Source: Planctomyces sp. (GTDB lineage Bacteria; Planctomycetota; Planctomycetia; Planctomycetales; Planctomycetaceae). From it: 64,000 nt of DNA. The position numbers and the translations under genes were made by a program. Shown here piece after piece: positions 20,373 through 29,893 of the stretch. Positions within the stretch are counted from its first letter, which is position 1. Every line of letters starts with the position of its first letter. The stretch is taken from contig JAIXUU010000025.1 of NCBI GenBank assembly GCA_027483405.1, positions 11,072-75,071 on the forward strand, given 5' to 3'. The notes under the pieces were generated by a model, which was given only the letters and a program-made list of their open reading frames with translations, was not told where the DNA came from and did no database searches.

Positions 20373-21257
20373 TCAGCGCGGAACTTTGGAAATCAGTTCC
20401 AGAGGATTTGCACTCTGGTCAATCATTTCCAGTGTCTCGTGAGCGAGCGTCGCATCAGCCTCTTCCCGAGGATCGAGAATTTGAGCTCGTCTATGCCGAT
20501 GTGCCGGCGATTGTTCACAGTACGGGCAAGATTCTGTGTAGATGACCCTGCGGCAATGAGCACATTCATGGACGCCAAAGACCGGAATTGCAGCACTCAG
20601 ACGCTGATAGATAAAGTAACCAAAAGTAAAGATCACGAAGGCAATCAGCAGTAATGTGGCCAGCCAGTGACGCTCCCACAGAAAGCTCCACAACGTTGTG
20701 ACCAATGCAAAGCAGCAGAGACTGTAGAGTGCGATGTCGAGCAGACGCCGTCGATTGAATCGAATTCTGGCCAGTTCGCGATTGACGCGATGGCCGAATT
20801 TCTGCCGGAGTGCATCGACCTTTTCGTCTTCCAACTGAGTCGCCCGCTGGGTGTGGCCTGTCGCCACCAATAACCGCTGAACGCTATCGAGCACTCGGTA
20901 GGCATCGTCTTCAGTGAGAAACGACTGATGAGCTAACTGATTACGAAACTCACGCAGTTCGCTGATCAGGCTCCGTTCAAAAATTCCCAACTGATGGCGA
21001 AAGCAGTGATTCCACTGTTCCCAGACCACATTCAGCAAAATGTGTGGATCTGACAGCGGATCCGAAAATCTGGCAGAGGCCATGTTTCGATCACCGCGAA
21101 TCTGCGCAAGAATGACTTCTTCGACTCGATGTCCATACGACTTGCTCAATTCCTGTCGAATGAATGGAGTCCACTCTTCGACGAGGATTTCGAGGGCCAG
21201 ATGGATGCGATCGGCAGGTGTGGGCACGATGAAGACTTTACTGCGACAACGTCGCAC
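20373..21257 (-). CDS. Swt1-like HEPN domain protein with two TM helices and a C-terminal Cys4 zinc ribbon
   Basis: D...LLNV.WEQWN..F and ELREFRNQLAH (RxxxxH); two hydrophobic helices; CAHC-x8-CPYC. Confidence 0.75.
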   Translation of the reverse strand: MRRCRSKVFIVPTPADRIHLALEILVEEWTPFIRQELSKSYGHRVEEVILAQIRGDRNMASARFSDPLSDPHILLNVVWEQWNHCFRHQLGIFERSLISELREFRNQLAHQSFLTEDDAYRVLDSVQRLLVATGHTQRATQLEDEKVDALRQKFGHRVNRELARIRFNRRRLLDIALYSLCCFALVTTLWSFLWERHWLATLLLIAFVIFTFGYFIYQRLSAAIPVFGVHECAHCRRVIYTESCPYCEQSPAHRHRRAQILDPREEADATLAHETLEMIDQSANPLELISKVPR

Positions 21258-21498
21258 TCACGGAGGGATCGATTTCGGACAAATCGTGGGGCTGTTCAAG
21301 CTCGCGATCAATCAGGATCCGATGGAACAGCATTCGTCTCGCTATGATTGTGGTCATCAACAAGATGTCCATGGGCCACTCTTGGAACAATCTCGGTGTA
21401 AAGCCTGAGAATTCCGGGAAGTATCGCCGAATGTAAGGCTTATGACTGATGATCTAAAAATTCATGCTGTATGAATTCGTCTGGAAGTAGGGAGATCG

Positions 21499-22821
21499 TC
21501 AGGCGAGCTTCAGCTCGGGAAAATGAGTCGTCAGTTGAGACCAATGCTCTGCGCATTGTCGGCGGGCATCGGCAATCGAAGAACCCCATCCGAAGAGGGT
21601 GCAAACCGGGTATCCACTGGAAATGAGACTTCCAGGAATCGGGATGTCGGCAATCACAGGAAGAAGTTTCGCTTGTGGAATTGCTGGTTGATTGGACCTG
21701 AGAGCATGCGAATTCAACCAGAGAGTACGCAAATCCGGCGCATGAAAGGCTTCCCCTGCATAGACGACCTGCTTGCAACCGAAGTTGGGGCGCTGCAAAT
21801 GATCCCCACCTGCTGTTTTTTTCCCGGAAGTTGCGGACGCATCTCTAAAACAAGGTGGCATCAATTCGCTCTGCCAGGCCCTGAGATGCAGATCCATCAG
21901 CGATGCGGGATGGCCGACTGTTCCTTCCAGAATTTCACAACTCGCCGTGTAGCGCGGATTGATTTCGATCGGTCGCCACGACTCATCGCAGCGAATGCCA
22001 TCAATTCCCAGAATTCCTGACAGGCCAGTCGCTTTGACAATCGCGTTCGCCAGTGAACAGGCCAGTTCATCGATGGCTGGGGGAACAGTGATCGGGCCCA
22101 CGGAGCCGCGATAACCATATTTTCCCCAGGGAGTGCCGATCAGACCTTCAGTCCAGCCGATTCTCTCCACACAGCTGGAACTCGCCATGAAGATGCAGCT
22201 TTGCGGAACCCCATGGACGTTTTCCTGCAGGTATTCAAGCTCATCAAGCGAATGATGGAAGCTCTCTTCGGTAATATTGGCTTGAGAAACATCGCGAACA
22301 TTGAACCCTCCTCCGGAGTGCAGCGGTTTACGAATCCACTCTTGAATCTGGTAGGGATCGACTTTTGTAGCTTGTCGTGATGCGGACGTTGCGAAATGTC
22401 CGGGAAGGATGACTGCCAGCGGATTTCCACCGATACTGGCGAACGTTTCCTGCAGAAAGCGGGGATCACGAATCCGTTTGAGAAGCTGAGGTGTAACTCC
22501 AAGGAGAGGAATCGAGCACTTGTCAGCTTGCTCGAAGAATTTGACAGCATCTGCGGGCCAGTTCTCAAATGGGCCCGTGTAGGTCCAACCTTGCACGTGT
22601 TCGACATGGGTGGGATCCAGAGACCAATTCTCTGTTTCTGCGGGAAGTGACTGCCAGATCGATGACTCTTGAAGATCCAGATCTCCGTACTGGTCATAGG
22701 CGATAACTTGCCACCCGCCACGCTGAGCCGAGGCCGCTGCAGCACGCACACTTCCCCCTGCGATCAGAATTTTGGGGGTCGTCTGCATGGAGATTACATT
22801 TCTTGAATTGTGGTTCGGCAT
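21499..22821 (-). CDS. ATP-grasp protein of the COG2232/Orf9 type (H4MPT/methanofuran-pathway associated)
   Basis: ILIAGGSVRAAAASA.R.G..V.A.DQYGDLD, RKP..SGGG, YLQENVHG, GIDGI, IEINPRYTAS, D.P..G..I..G.PVCT. Confidence 0.75.
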   Translation of the reverse strand: MPNHNSRNVISMQTTPKILIAGGSVRAAAASAQRGGWQVIAYDQYGDLDLQESSIWQSLPAETENWSLDPTHVEHVQGWTYTGPFENWPADAVKFFEQADKCSIPLLGVTPQLLKRIRDPRFLQETFASIGGNPLAVILPGHFATSASRQATKVDPYQIQEWIRKPLHSGGGFNVRDVSQANITEESFHHSLDELEYLQENVHGVPQSCIFMASSSCVERIGWTEGLIGTPWGKYGYRGSVGPITVPPAIDELACSLANAIVKATGLSGILGIDGIRCDESWRPIEINPRYTASCEILEGTVGHPASLMDLHLRAWQSELMPPCFRDASATSGKKTAGGDHLQRPNFGCKQVVYAGEAFHAPDLRTLWLNSHALRSNQPAIPQAKLLPVIADIPIPGSLISSGYPVCTLFGWGSSIADARRQCAEHWSQLTTHFPELKLA

Positions 22822-23059
22822 GGGAGAATAGAATTGATCATAAAAATAAGTGTTCTTGTGGATACTTTCTTGTGGTCGGTTTTCGGCATTTGTGAGTTAC
22901 GCAAATGAAGTTACGGGACTCCTTTCGCCGCAGAAATCGAATTGTCGTAAAATTCGTCGTGTTTCTGGGATAGGCATTCACTTGTTCTGCGTGAACTTAG
23001 CTGCTATTTTTCGCAAATGCGGAAACGTTGTCGCTGAATATTTGCGGTGGAGTGCAAAC

Positions 23060-23179
23060 ATGGTCTACCGACCACGAACAAAATTGGTGAAGTTGAGGAA
23101 GTCGATTCGCTGCCCCAAGTGCGGCAAGCTGGTTGGTTTTGCCATTCGTTGCAAGACTTGCCACAAGAAGCTTCGGTAA
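23060..23179 (+). CDS. 39-aa basic Cys4 zinc-ribbon small protein (MVYRPRTKLVKLRKSIRCPKCGKLVGFAIRCKTCHKKLR)
   Basis: GGAG at 23049-23052, 7 nt before the ATG; CxxC-x9-CxxC; 14 K/R and no acidic residue. Confidence 0.65.
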   Translation: MVYRPRTKLVKLRKSIRCPKCGKLVGFAIRCKTCHKKLR

Positions 23180-23237
23180 TATCTTTCCCATTGGATTGTT
23201 TGGTATTTTTCTCAACTTGACCTGAACTGGATTTCAG

Positions 23238-23426
23238 ATGCCTCGTACAGAACGTGACCGTGAGTTGGCCAAGCGTCGCCAGCGTAAGGCCAAGATCAAG
23301 AAGCTCGAAAAGAAGTACGCAGCTGCTACCTCAGCCGCTGACAAGGAGCTGATTGTGGCCAAGGTTCGCCGCATGAGTCCCATGCTGAACTTTGTCGCTC
23401 GCGTTGAAGGGACCGAAGCCAAGTAG
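23238..23426 (+). CDS. 62-aa basic helical small protein (resembles the planctomycete DUF6800 family)
   Basis: ER.RELA.RR.RK.K.KKL pattern; protein-like composition; same strand as, and 58 nt after, the 39-aa ORF. Confidence 0.75.
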   Translation: MPRTERDRELAKRRQRKAKIKKLEKKYAAATSAADKELIVAKVRRMSPMLNFVARVEGTEAK

Positions 23427-23813
23427 CACAATTGGCATTTGCCACTGTGCTCGCTTGTTCCAGTGGGCTCGCTTGGTTCCGAGGTCTATAAAAGGTCTGC
23501 TATAGGCCGCTGTCACCGGCTCAAATGTTGACAACTTCAGGGTGATGCCAGTCTTGGCCTCGCCCTTTCTTCATTTTGAGGCCTCCTGGCGGCTATCAGA
23601 TTTTGAGCTTTGCCCTGTTAAAGGCTGCAACGGCGTTCCACTCATTCTGGCCGTGTGATCAACCATGCCCGCGTGGCCATTGTTGGAGCAGGAAAGAAAA
23701 CGGCCTCCACATATTGAATTCAGTATGTGAAGACCGTTGACTGGCTCAGTTCTCAAGTCCCATGGCGTCTGGAGAAACGAAGCCAAAAGCCATGGGGTCG
23801 AGTATTGGCGCGA

Positions 23814-25418
23814 TTAACTCTCTGCAGTGCCAAGATCTGTGCCGGTATGCACCTGATGATCAACTGTTTTGGGTTTGTAACCACCGATCATTCGGAAATA
23901 GATAATCAGAAGCAGATAGCAAACTGCCATTGTCGCCGGAACATATGCCGTTAACTTAAGAGCCATTTGACCTCCGTAAATCCCAGCTCGCAGGACGAGT
24001 GGCTTATCTGTTTCGGCAAAGGGTTTGGCTTCGGCCCACCAGGCCTGTAGCTTTGCCTGATTTTCTCTGGCAGCCTGGTTAGCAGGGGTTTCTGGCTCTT
24101 TAGCCAAAACTTCACCAGCGCGTGCCAGTTCTTTGCCACCATCTTCAAGAACACCAACTTTTGCTCCATTCAGACCAATCGTACTGAAACCAAAGAACGT
24201 ACTTGGCTCTGCTGCACGGTAACGCTCAAATGTTGCTTCAGATTCAGCCTTTAGCTTAGCAGAAGCATTAAAGTCTTGTTTAAACCCGATCGCAGGACCA
24301 CCCAGTAATCCTGCTGATAGCATGCCGACACCTCCCAGCATGCCAATTGCAACAGCCCCTCCGCGAGGAAATTGTTCGGATGCGACAGCCAACATGGTTG
24401 GCCATAGGAAGGTTTTTCCGCACGCATAGACCGTGGCTGCAATTGTGCACATTACCCAGCCATCAGCACTACCCAGAAGTGTCAGTCCAGTGGCTCCCAG
24501 AATCGCACTTGCAAGAAGCAGTCCCAGAGGGGAAATCGTATGTACGATTGGTCCAGCTACGAATCGCAATACGAACATCAATGACGACGTGTAGGCAAAA
24601 AGAGCCAAACCATAAGCTGGCTTTTCCATGATGGCGCCAGTGATTTTACTGATCCATGAATCTGTTCCGAGTTCGACATATCCAACCATCGCATGAATCA
24701 CGAGTAGCACAAGCATTAGCGGAGCAAAAATACTTTTGATCATCTGGAGTAAAGTAACGCCAGCATTTTCAGCTTCGGATTTCGGAAACTTCTGGCCCAG
24801 CAGCATGCCACCGTAGATCACCACTGGGATCAAAAACAGTGACATTTGAATTCTCCAGTCGACGGGATCGATTTGTTTTCCATCGGTAGTGTTTCCACCG
24901 GCCATAAAAAATGAAGCAAGGCTTCCCAGAACCAGCCCGGCTGGCCAGCCTGCATGAAGAATGTTGAGATAATGGGTTTTGTTTTTAGGGAATAAGGTGG
25001 CAGTCATTGGGTTGACGACAGCTTCACAAAGGCCATTACCAATTGCGAAAATGAACATACCAACGAAAAGACAGTAAAACGTCGCTTCCTTTCCACTAGT
25101 GCTGAACACCACAGGCGCAGCTAGGGTCAAGGCCGCCGAAATGATATGGAGAACAAAAGCGGCAATCAGCAGCTTGCCGTATCCAAGCTTATCTGCAACC
25201 AAAGAGCTGAGAATGATCACAATCCCGAAACCCGTCAGGCCCCCACCTGTGATCGTTCCAAGTTCAGTCATTGTAAAACTAAATTGGTTTGCCCACTGGC
25301 CCAGGATTCCACCGCGAACAGCATATCCTACACCGGCGGCAAGAATTGCTGTGAATCCAGCCCAGAGCAGGCGGTGAGCATTCGGCGCAGCACCTGCGGT
25401 CATCGTCGCAGAAGTCAT
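23814..25418 (-). CDS. MFS transporter (sugar-type, with large loop insertion)
   Basis: About 12 hydrophobic segments, LVADKLGYG, HAGWPAG, ELGTDSWI, WPTMLAVASEQFPRGG. Confidence 0.9.
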   Translation of the reverse strand: MTSATMTAGAAPNAHRLLWAGFTAILAAGVGYAVRGGILGQWANQFSFTMTELGTITGGGLTGFGIVIILSSLVADKLGYGKLLIAAFVLHIISAALTLAAPVVFSTSGKEATFYCLFVGMFIFAIGNGLCEAVVNPMTATLFPKNKTHYLNILHAGWPAGLVLGSLASFFMAGGNTTDGKQIDPVDWRIQMSLFLIPVVIYGGMLLGQKFPKSEAENAGVTLLQMIKSIFAPLMLVLLVIHAMVGYVELGTDSWISKITGAIMEKPAYGLALFAYTSSLMFVLRFVAGPIVHTISPLGLLLASAILGATGLTLLGSADGWVMCTIAATVYACGKTFLWPTMLAVASEQFPRGGAVAIGMLGGVGMLSAGLLGGPAIGFKQDFNASAKLKAESEATFERYRAAEPSTFFGFSTIGLNGAKVGVLEDGGKELARAGEVLAKEPETPANQAARENQAKLQAWWAEAKPFAETDKPLVLRAGIYGGQMALKLTAYVPATMAVCYLLLIIYFRMIGGYKPKTVDHQVHTGTDLGTAES

Positions 25419-25700
25419 TACGGATGTTCCTCTTGAAAGGCTCGGCAACAGGATACAAGAAAGGACAGAATTGTCCGTCATTCACAAGATCAGAAGCTAA
25501 TACCGGCTCGTATGGCAGGCTTTCCAACACGCTAATTCGAGACGAGCAGTCATCACCACCGTTCGATGGAGATTTTCGCCGCATCGTATCGACGTTCGTG
25601 CATGTTTTCCATGTTGAGATCGTGGATGTCAATCATTTCATGACACAGTTTCGCTGGAATGTCAGGAAACCGGGAATCGAGCTGGTCAAAGACCGAAATC

Positions 25701-26828
25701 TCATCCGGCGGATTCATCCCAATTGATCGGCGTCAAAGAAAACCAATCGCGTCGGCGTGTCATACGGATCCCCCCCGGAAAGTCTCCTGATAAAGGTTGC
25801 TTGTACTCTCCCAGAAACTCACAGAGGCGTTCCAGATGTCTGGCTGCCAGATCTTTTCTTGGCCACTGATTTCTAATCCAGATCTGCTTAAATGCTTCTC
25901 GTTGGACGATTGGTAGTCGTTTTCTCCACGGTGCGACCTGAAACTTCCCCAGGCTGCCTTCAAGCACACTCTCCTTTAAGAGTTCGTCTGCCAGGTTTTG
26001 CAGAAGCGTTTCCACTTCCTGGCTCTGCTTAGCCAGTTGAAGGAGGCTTTGTGCTGATGTCCGCTGGATTCCCATTTTGACCAGAGCATCGTCCAGCACA
26101 GGAAGCACCAGTTGCCTCAAGGCGTTTCGTGTCCAGACGGTTTCGCTATTGGTGCCGTCTTCCCGCCAATCTTGTCCGATCTCAAGGAGAAATTGGCGAA
26201 GGGTCGATTTGTTCAAGCCCAGCAGTGGTCGTTCCAGTGTCAGCGATGGTTCAAAGGGCTGCGATCTCCGCATACCTGCCAGACCACTGAAACTGCTCCC
26301 TCTGAGCAGATGATGCAGTACGGTTTCGGCTTGGTCATCAGCATGATGGGCCAGAACAATACATTTTGCCTGGTGTTCCTCAGCGACTCGTTTCAAGAAG
26401 TTGTAACGAGATCGGCGGAGTGTTTCTTCAGAAATCGAAGCATGATCGATTTCGCCAGGCCCCTGCCCCGCTTCGCTCTGTCGATCACCGATCCGTACTT
26501 GCAGTTGCTCCTGAACAGCCAGTTGCTTCACCCACGCCGCGTCCTCGTCAGATGCTTTCCCTCTCACCTGATGATTGAAATGAGCAATCAGCCAATCCGG
26601 TTTTTCTGGGAAACCGTGATCCCGTCGCCACTCATCGAGTTGCGAAACCAACAGGAATCCGTGCAGTAAAGCCAGACTGTCGATTCCTCCCGAGACAGCC
26701 ATCACCAGACGAGAAGATTCTCGTTTTGAAGATACACAAGATTTTGCCCACCAGTCACAAATTGCGGTCACGACAAGCCGAGCGGCGGTGCCGGTGGAAT
26801 CATCAGACATGTGGGCGGATGGATTCAT
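25701..26828 (-). CDS. tilS: tRNA(Ile)-lysidine synthetase
   Basis: AVSGGIDS PP-loop, AHFNHQVRG, R..RY.FL, AHHADDQAET, RPLL, W.ED.TN. Confidence 0.93.
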   Translation of the reverse strand: MNPSAHMSDDSTGTAARLVVTAICDWWAKSCVSSKRESSRLVMAVSGGIDSLALLHGFLLVSQLDEWRRDHGFPEKPDWLIAHFNHQVRGKASDEDAAWVKQLAVQEQLQVRIGDRQSEAGQGPGEIDHASISEETLRRSRYNFLKRVAEEHQAKCIVLAHHADDQAETVLHHLLRGSSFSGLAGMRRSQPFEPSLTLERPLLGLNKSTLRQFLLEIGQDWREDGTNSETVWTRNALRQLVLPVLDDALVKMGIQRTSAQSLLQLAKQSQEVETLLQNLADELLKESVLEGSLGKFQVAPWRKRLPIVQREAFKQIWIRNQWPRKDLAARHLERLCEFLGEYKQPLSGDFPGGIRMTRRRDWFSLTPINWDESAG

Positions 26829-27652
26829 TAAGCATCGCCAGTGCCCGGCTCCAGACGTGGGAAGAGCCTGACGGGGCTTGAGAATGTTGAAACTGTTGAT
26901 CGCTACGGCGATTTGATTCGTCGTGCCGACCTGTTACTATAAGGCTTACGGTGGTTTTCTGAAATCCTCAGTAACCAATGTAAGTGTTTGATTTGTAAAT
27001 GCTTGCAACGTGTGTTCGCAAGCAGTCATCAACCAGATAAAGCGATTGCAGATGGATTGTTGAATGCAGTGGGGGCAGTAAACGAATCTCGGAAAATTTT
27101 TGACGATTGAAGGGGCCATATCTGGCGTGATTTGAGTGTGTTGTGGGGAATCGTATTTGAAACTCCAGTTACAGTTTCAGGTGATCAGCCTCCACTCATT
27201 GAGAAGAACACCGAATGGCAGTTTCTCGACGCACTTCTACCAGTTATTTCGAAGTCCGCTGGCAAATCATGGCTCAGATCTGACTTACGCCGAGAACAAC
27301 CTGCCGAAGAGATGGATCATTTTGGAAATTGACTGTCATCGTTGTGAATGCTTGAAGAAGGCACACAGTTTGATTTGGTAAGCAGTTCCAGATTTCTGTT
27401 CGGTTATGGAAGTCTCATTGTAAGAGTTGGTATTCCCGACTCAGGCAGATCGGATTGATGAACTCGTTGTAAAAACTGTGTTTGTGAAATGATCAGCTGG
27501 TTCCTATATCGTCGAAAATCATCAATGACTGTTGAAGCTCCAATGAGTGGTGATTGATTGTCTTTGGTTCCCTTCAGACAGATCTGATTCGTTTCTCCGC
27601 CTTTTTCATTCAAGAATTCATTTGTCAGCCGACAAAATTTAAGGGCTGCCAA

Positions 27653-29194
27653 GTGGAAATAGTCATTGCAGGCATTCTCGGGTTGCTACTCGGAGCAGCA
27701 GCGGGATACTTCGCTGAACGAGTTGTTCGTGGTACTGCGTTCAAAACCCGTGCAGAAATCGTCGCTCAGGCCGAGCGTGACGCCGAGAACTTGCGAAAAG
27801 CTGCCGAGCTCTCTGCTAAAGAAGAACTTCTTAAGCGTCGAGAAGAACTTGACCGTGAGCTTTCAGCACAGCGAGATGAACTTCGCCAACTGGAGCGGGC
27901 TTTGGATAAAAAAGAAGCCACGATTCGCGAGCGCCAGGACGAGTTCGCCAAGCGGGAAAGAATGCTGGAGACCACTCAAACCAAGTTGGCAGAACGCGCC
28001 AAAGTGGTGGAAGCTCGTGATCGAGAAGTCGAAAAAATTCTCAAGCAGGAGCAGGAACAACTCTACAAGATCAGCGGCCTGGATCGTGAATCTGCCGTCC
28101 GAATGCTCCTGGATCAGCTTGAACGCGAACTCAAGAATGAAACCGGTGCTCTCGTAATGAAACACGAGGCCGATGTGAAAGCCCAGAGCGAAAAGCAGGC
28201 TCGGGAGATCATTGGTATGGCCATTCAGAGGTACGCCTCAGCCCATACTTCCGAATCAACAGTTTCCACAATTGACATCCCGAATGATGAAATGAAGGGG
28301 CGAATCATTGGTCGCGAAGGCCGCAATATTCGCGCCTTTGAAAAGGCCACCGGAGTCGATGTGATTGTTGATGACACACCGGGTGTGGTCGTTGTTTCGG
28401 CTTTTGACAGCGTTCGCCGGGAAACAGCTAAGCTCGCACTGATTAAGCTGATTCAAGATGGTCGCATGCACCCCACACGCATCGACGAAATCGTGCTCGA
28501 AACTCAGAAGGAAATGGAAGAATATATTCTTCGTCAGGGAGCCGAGGCTGCACAGGAAGCCACGATTCCTAACCTCCACGAGAAACTGCTCGCACTCATG
28601 GGGCGACTTCACTTCCGTACCAGCTACAGCCAGAACGTACTGCGGCATTCGATTGAAGTTTCTGCACTCACAGGCATGATGGCAGAGCAACTGGGTCTGG
28701 ACGGCAATCTCGCCCGCCGCTGCGGCTTCCTGCATGATATTGGAAAGGCCGCCGACCATGAAATGGAAGGTGGTCACCCGGCTGTGGGTGCCGAATTGCT
28801 CAAGCGGTATGGCGAACGTCCCGAGGTGATCCATGCCGCACGCGGCCATCACGACGATATTCGTCCTGATTACATCTACACAGTTCTGGTGGCGGCTGCC
28901 GATGCCTGTTCGGCTTCTCGACCTGGTGCACGCCGCGAGTCGCTTGAGCGATACGTCAAACGTCTGGAAGAACTGGAATCGATTGCCTGTGGATTTCCAG
29001 GTGTCGAGCAGGCTTATGCAGTTCAGGCAGGCCGGGAGATTCGCGTCATTGTGAATCCTCAGGATGTGAATGATCGCGAAGCGGCCCGTTTGTGCCGCGA
29101 TCTGGCAACAGCGATTGAACAATCTCTCACCTACCCTGGTGAAGTTAAAGTCACCGTCCTGAGAGAAACACGAGTCATTGAATACGCACGCTAG
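27653..29194 (+). CDS. rny: Ribonuclease Y
   Basis: N-terminal TM (GTG start), coiled coil, KH domain [15 protein letters not shown] domain [14 protein letters not shown]-like [10 protein letters not shown]. Confidence 0.97.
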   Translation: MEIVIAGILGLLLGAAAGYFAERVVRGTAFKTRAEIVAQAERDAENLRKAAELSAKEELLKRREELDRELSAQRDELRQLERALDKKEATIRERQDEFAKRERMLETTQTKLAERAKVVEARDREVEKILKQEQEQLYKISGLDRESAVRMLLDQLERELKNETGALVMKHEADVKAQSEKQAREIIGMAIQRYASAHTSESTVSTIDIPNDEMKGRIIGREGRNIRAFEKATGVDVIVDDTPGVVVVSAFDSVRRETAKLALIKLIQDGRMHPTRIDEIVLETQKEMEEYILRQGAEAAQEATIPNLHEKLLALMGRLHFRTSYSQNVLRHSIEVSALTGMMAEQLGLDGNLARRCGFLHDIGKAADHEMEGGHPAVGAELLKRYGERPEVIHAARGHHDDIRPDYIYTVLVAAADACSASRPGARRESLERYVKRLEELESIACGFPGVEQAYAVQAGREIRVIVNPQDVNDREAARLCRDLATAIEQSLTYPGEVKVTVLRETRVIEYAR

Positions 29195-29231
29195 AACCTG
29201 TTTGGAAAGACAGTCTTTCGAAACAGGTTTT
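29195..29231 (+). terminator. Hairpin immediately after rny
   Basis: aacctgttt-g-gaaaga / tctttc-g-aaacaggtt followed by T residues. Confidence 0.6.
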
Positions 29232-29352
29232 CGAAGGACTGTGTCTTCGAATCAGTGCGACAAACTGGCTCGCTGATTGTCCAGTGATTGCTTCTGGTTT
29301 CGCCAGGACGATGTGCTCTCGTGGAGCGATTCACTCAAGGGTGATTCACAAA

Positions 29353-29853
29353 ATGGCTTTGTCGAGTGACAGCGAGCGGGAGTTGACGGCCTATCACGAG
29401 GCGGGTCATATCTTTGTAGGGATCCTGCATGGCGGAAGATTGAAGCTCGCCAGTCTGGAACCGGAAGAAGACGAAGGTCCACGTCGATTTGGCGATACCA
29501 CGATGGCCTGGCGAAAATCGATCCGGGAGCGCAGCGATTTTCCCCTGATCTTATGCGAAGTTGCTTTAGCAGGGCCGATGGCAGAAACAATCTACAGCGG
29601 AGATGAAACCCACCCTGCTCATGTTCCGCAGTGGCAGCCAGACTGGCGAAATGCTCTGCAGATGGCCGAAAGGCTCATGCCCGATCTTCGCAAACAGATC
29701 GAGTTTCTCGAAGATCGATGTGCGAGGCTCCATCGATTCTTGAGGGAAGACCATCACTGGTCAGCCATTGGCGATATTGCCGATCTGCTGATGTGCCATG
29801 ACGTTGTTGAGCACGATGATGTCATCGATCTCATTCAGCACTGGCGCCGTTAA
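29353..29853 (+). CDS. Stand-alone FtsH-like (peptidase M41-type) metalloprotease domain protein
   Basis: TAYHEAGH (HExxH) and VALAGPMAE; no AAA domain or TM. Confidence 0.7.
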   Translation: MALSSDSERELTAYHEAGHIFVGILHGGRLKLASLEPEEDEGPRRFGDTTMAWRKSIRERSDFPLILCEVALAGPMAETIYSGDETHPAHVPQWQPDWRNALQMAERLMPDLRKQIEFLEDRCARLHRFLREDHHWSAIGDIADLLMCHDVVEHDDVIDLIQHWRR

Positions 29854-29893
29854 GTTTGCTCAGTGGGGCCAGGGGACTTTCCTTAGATTACGG

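Noticed and set aside
22850-23059. N-terminal 70 codons of the 109-aa ORF 22850..23179
   Set aside because: Promoter-like AT-rich sequence; the RBS supports a start at 23060.
28256-29122. 288-aa minus-strand ORF (likewise 9951..10784, 37886..38515 and 60197..61090)
   Set aside because: These overlap well-supported genes (rny, carA, the zinc-ribbon gene, the 59484/60664 genes) and have non-protein-like composition.
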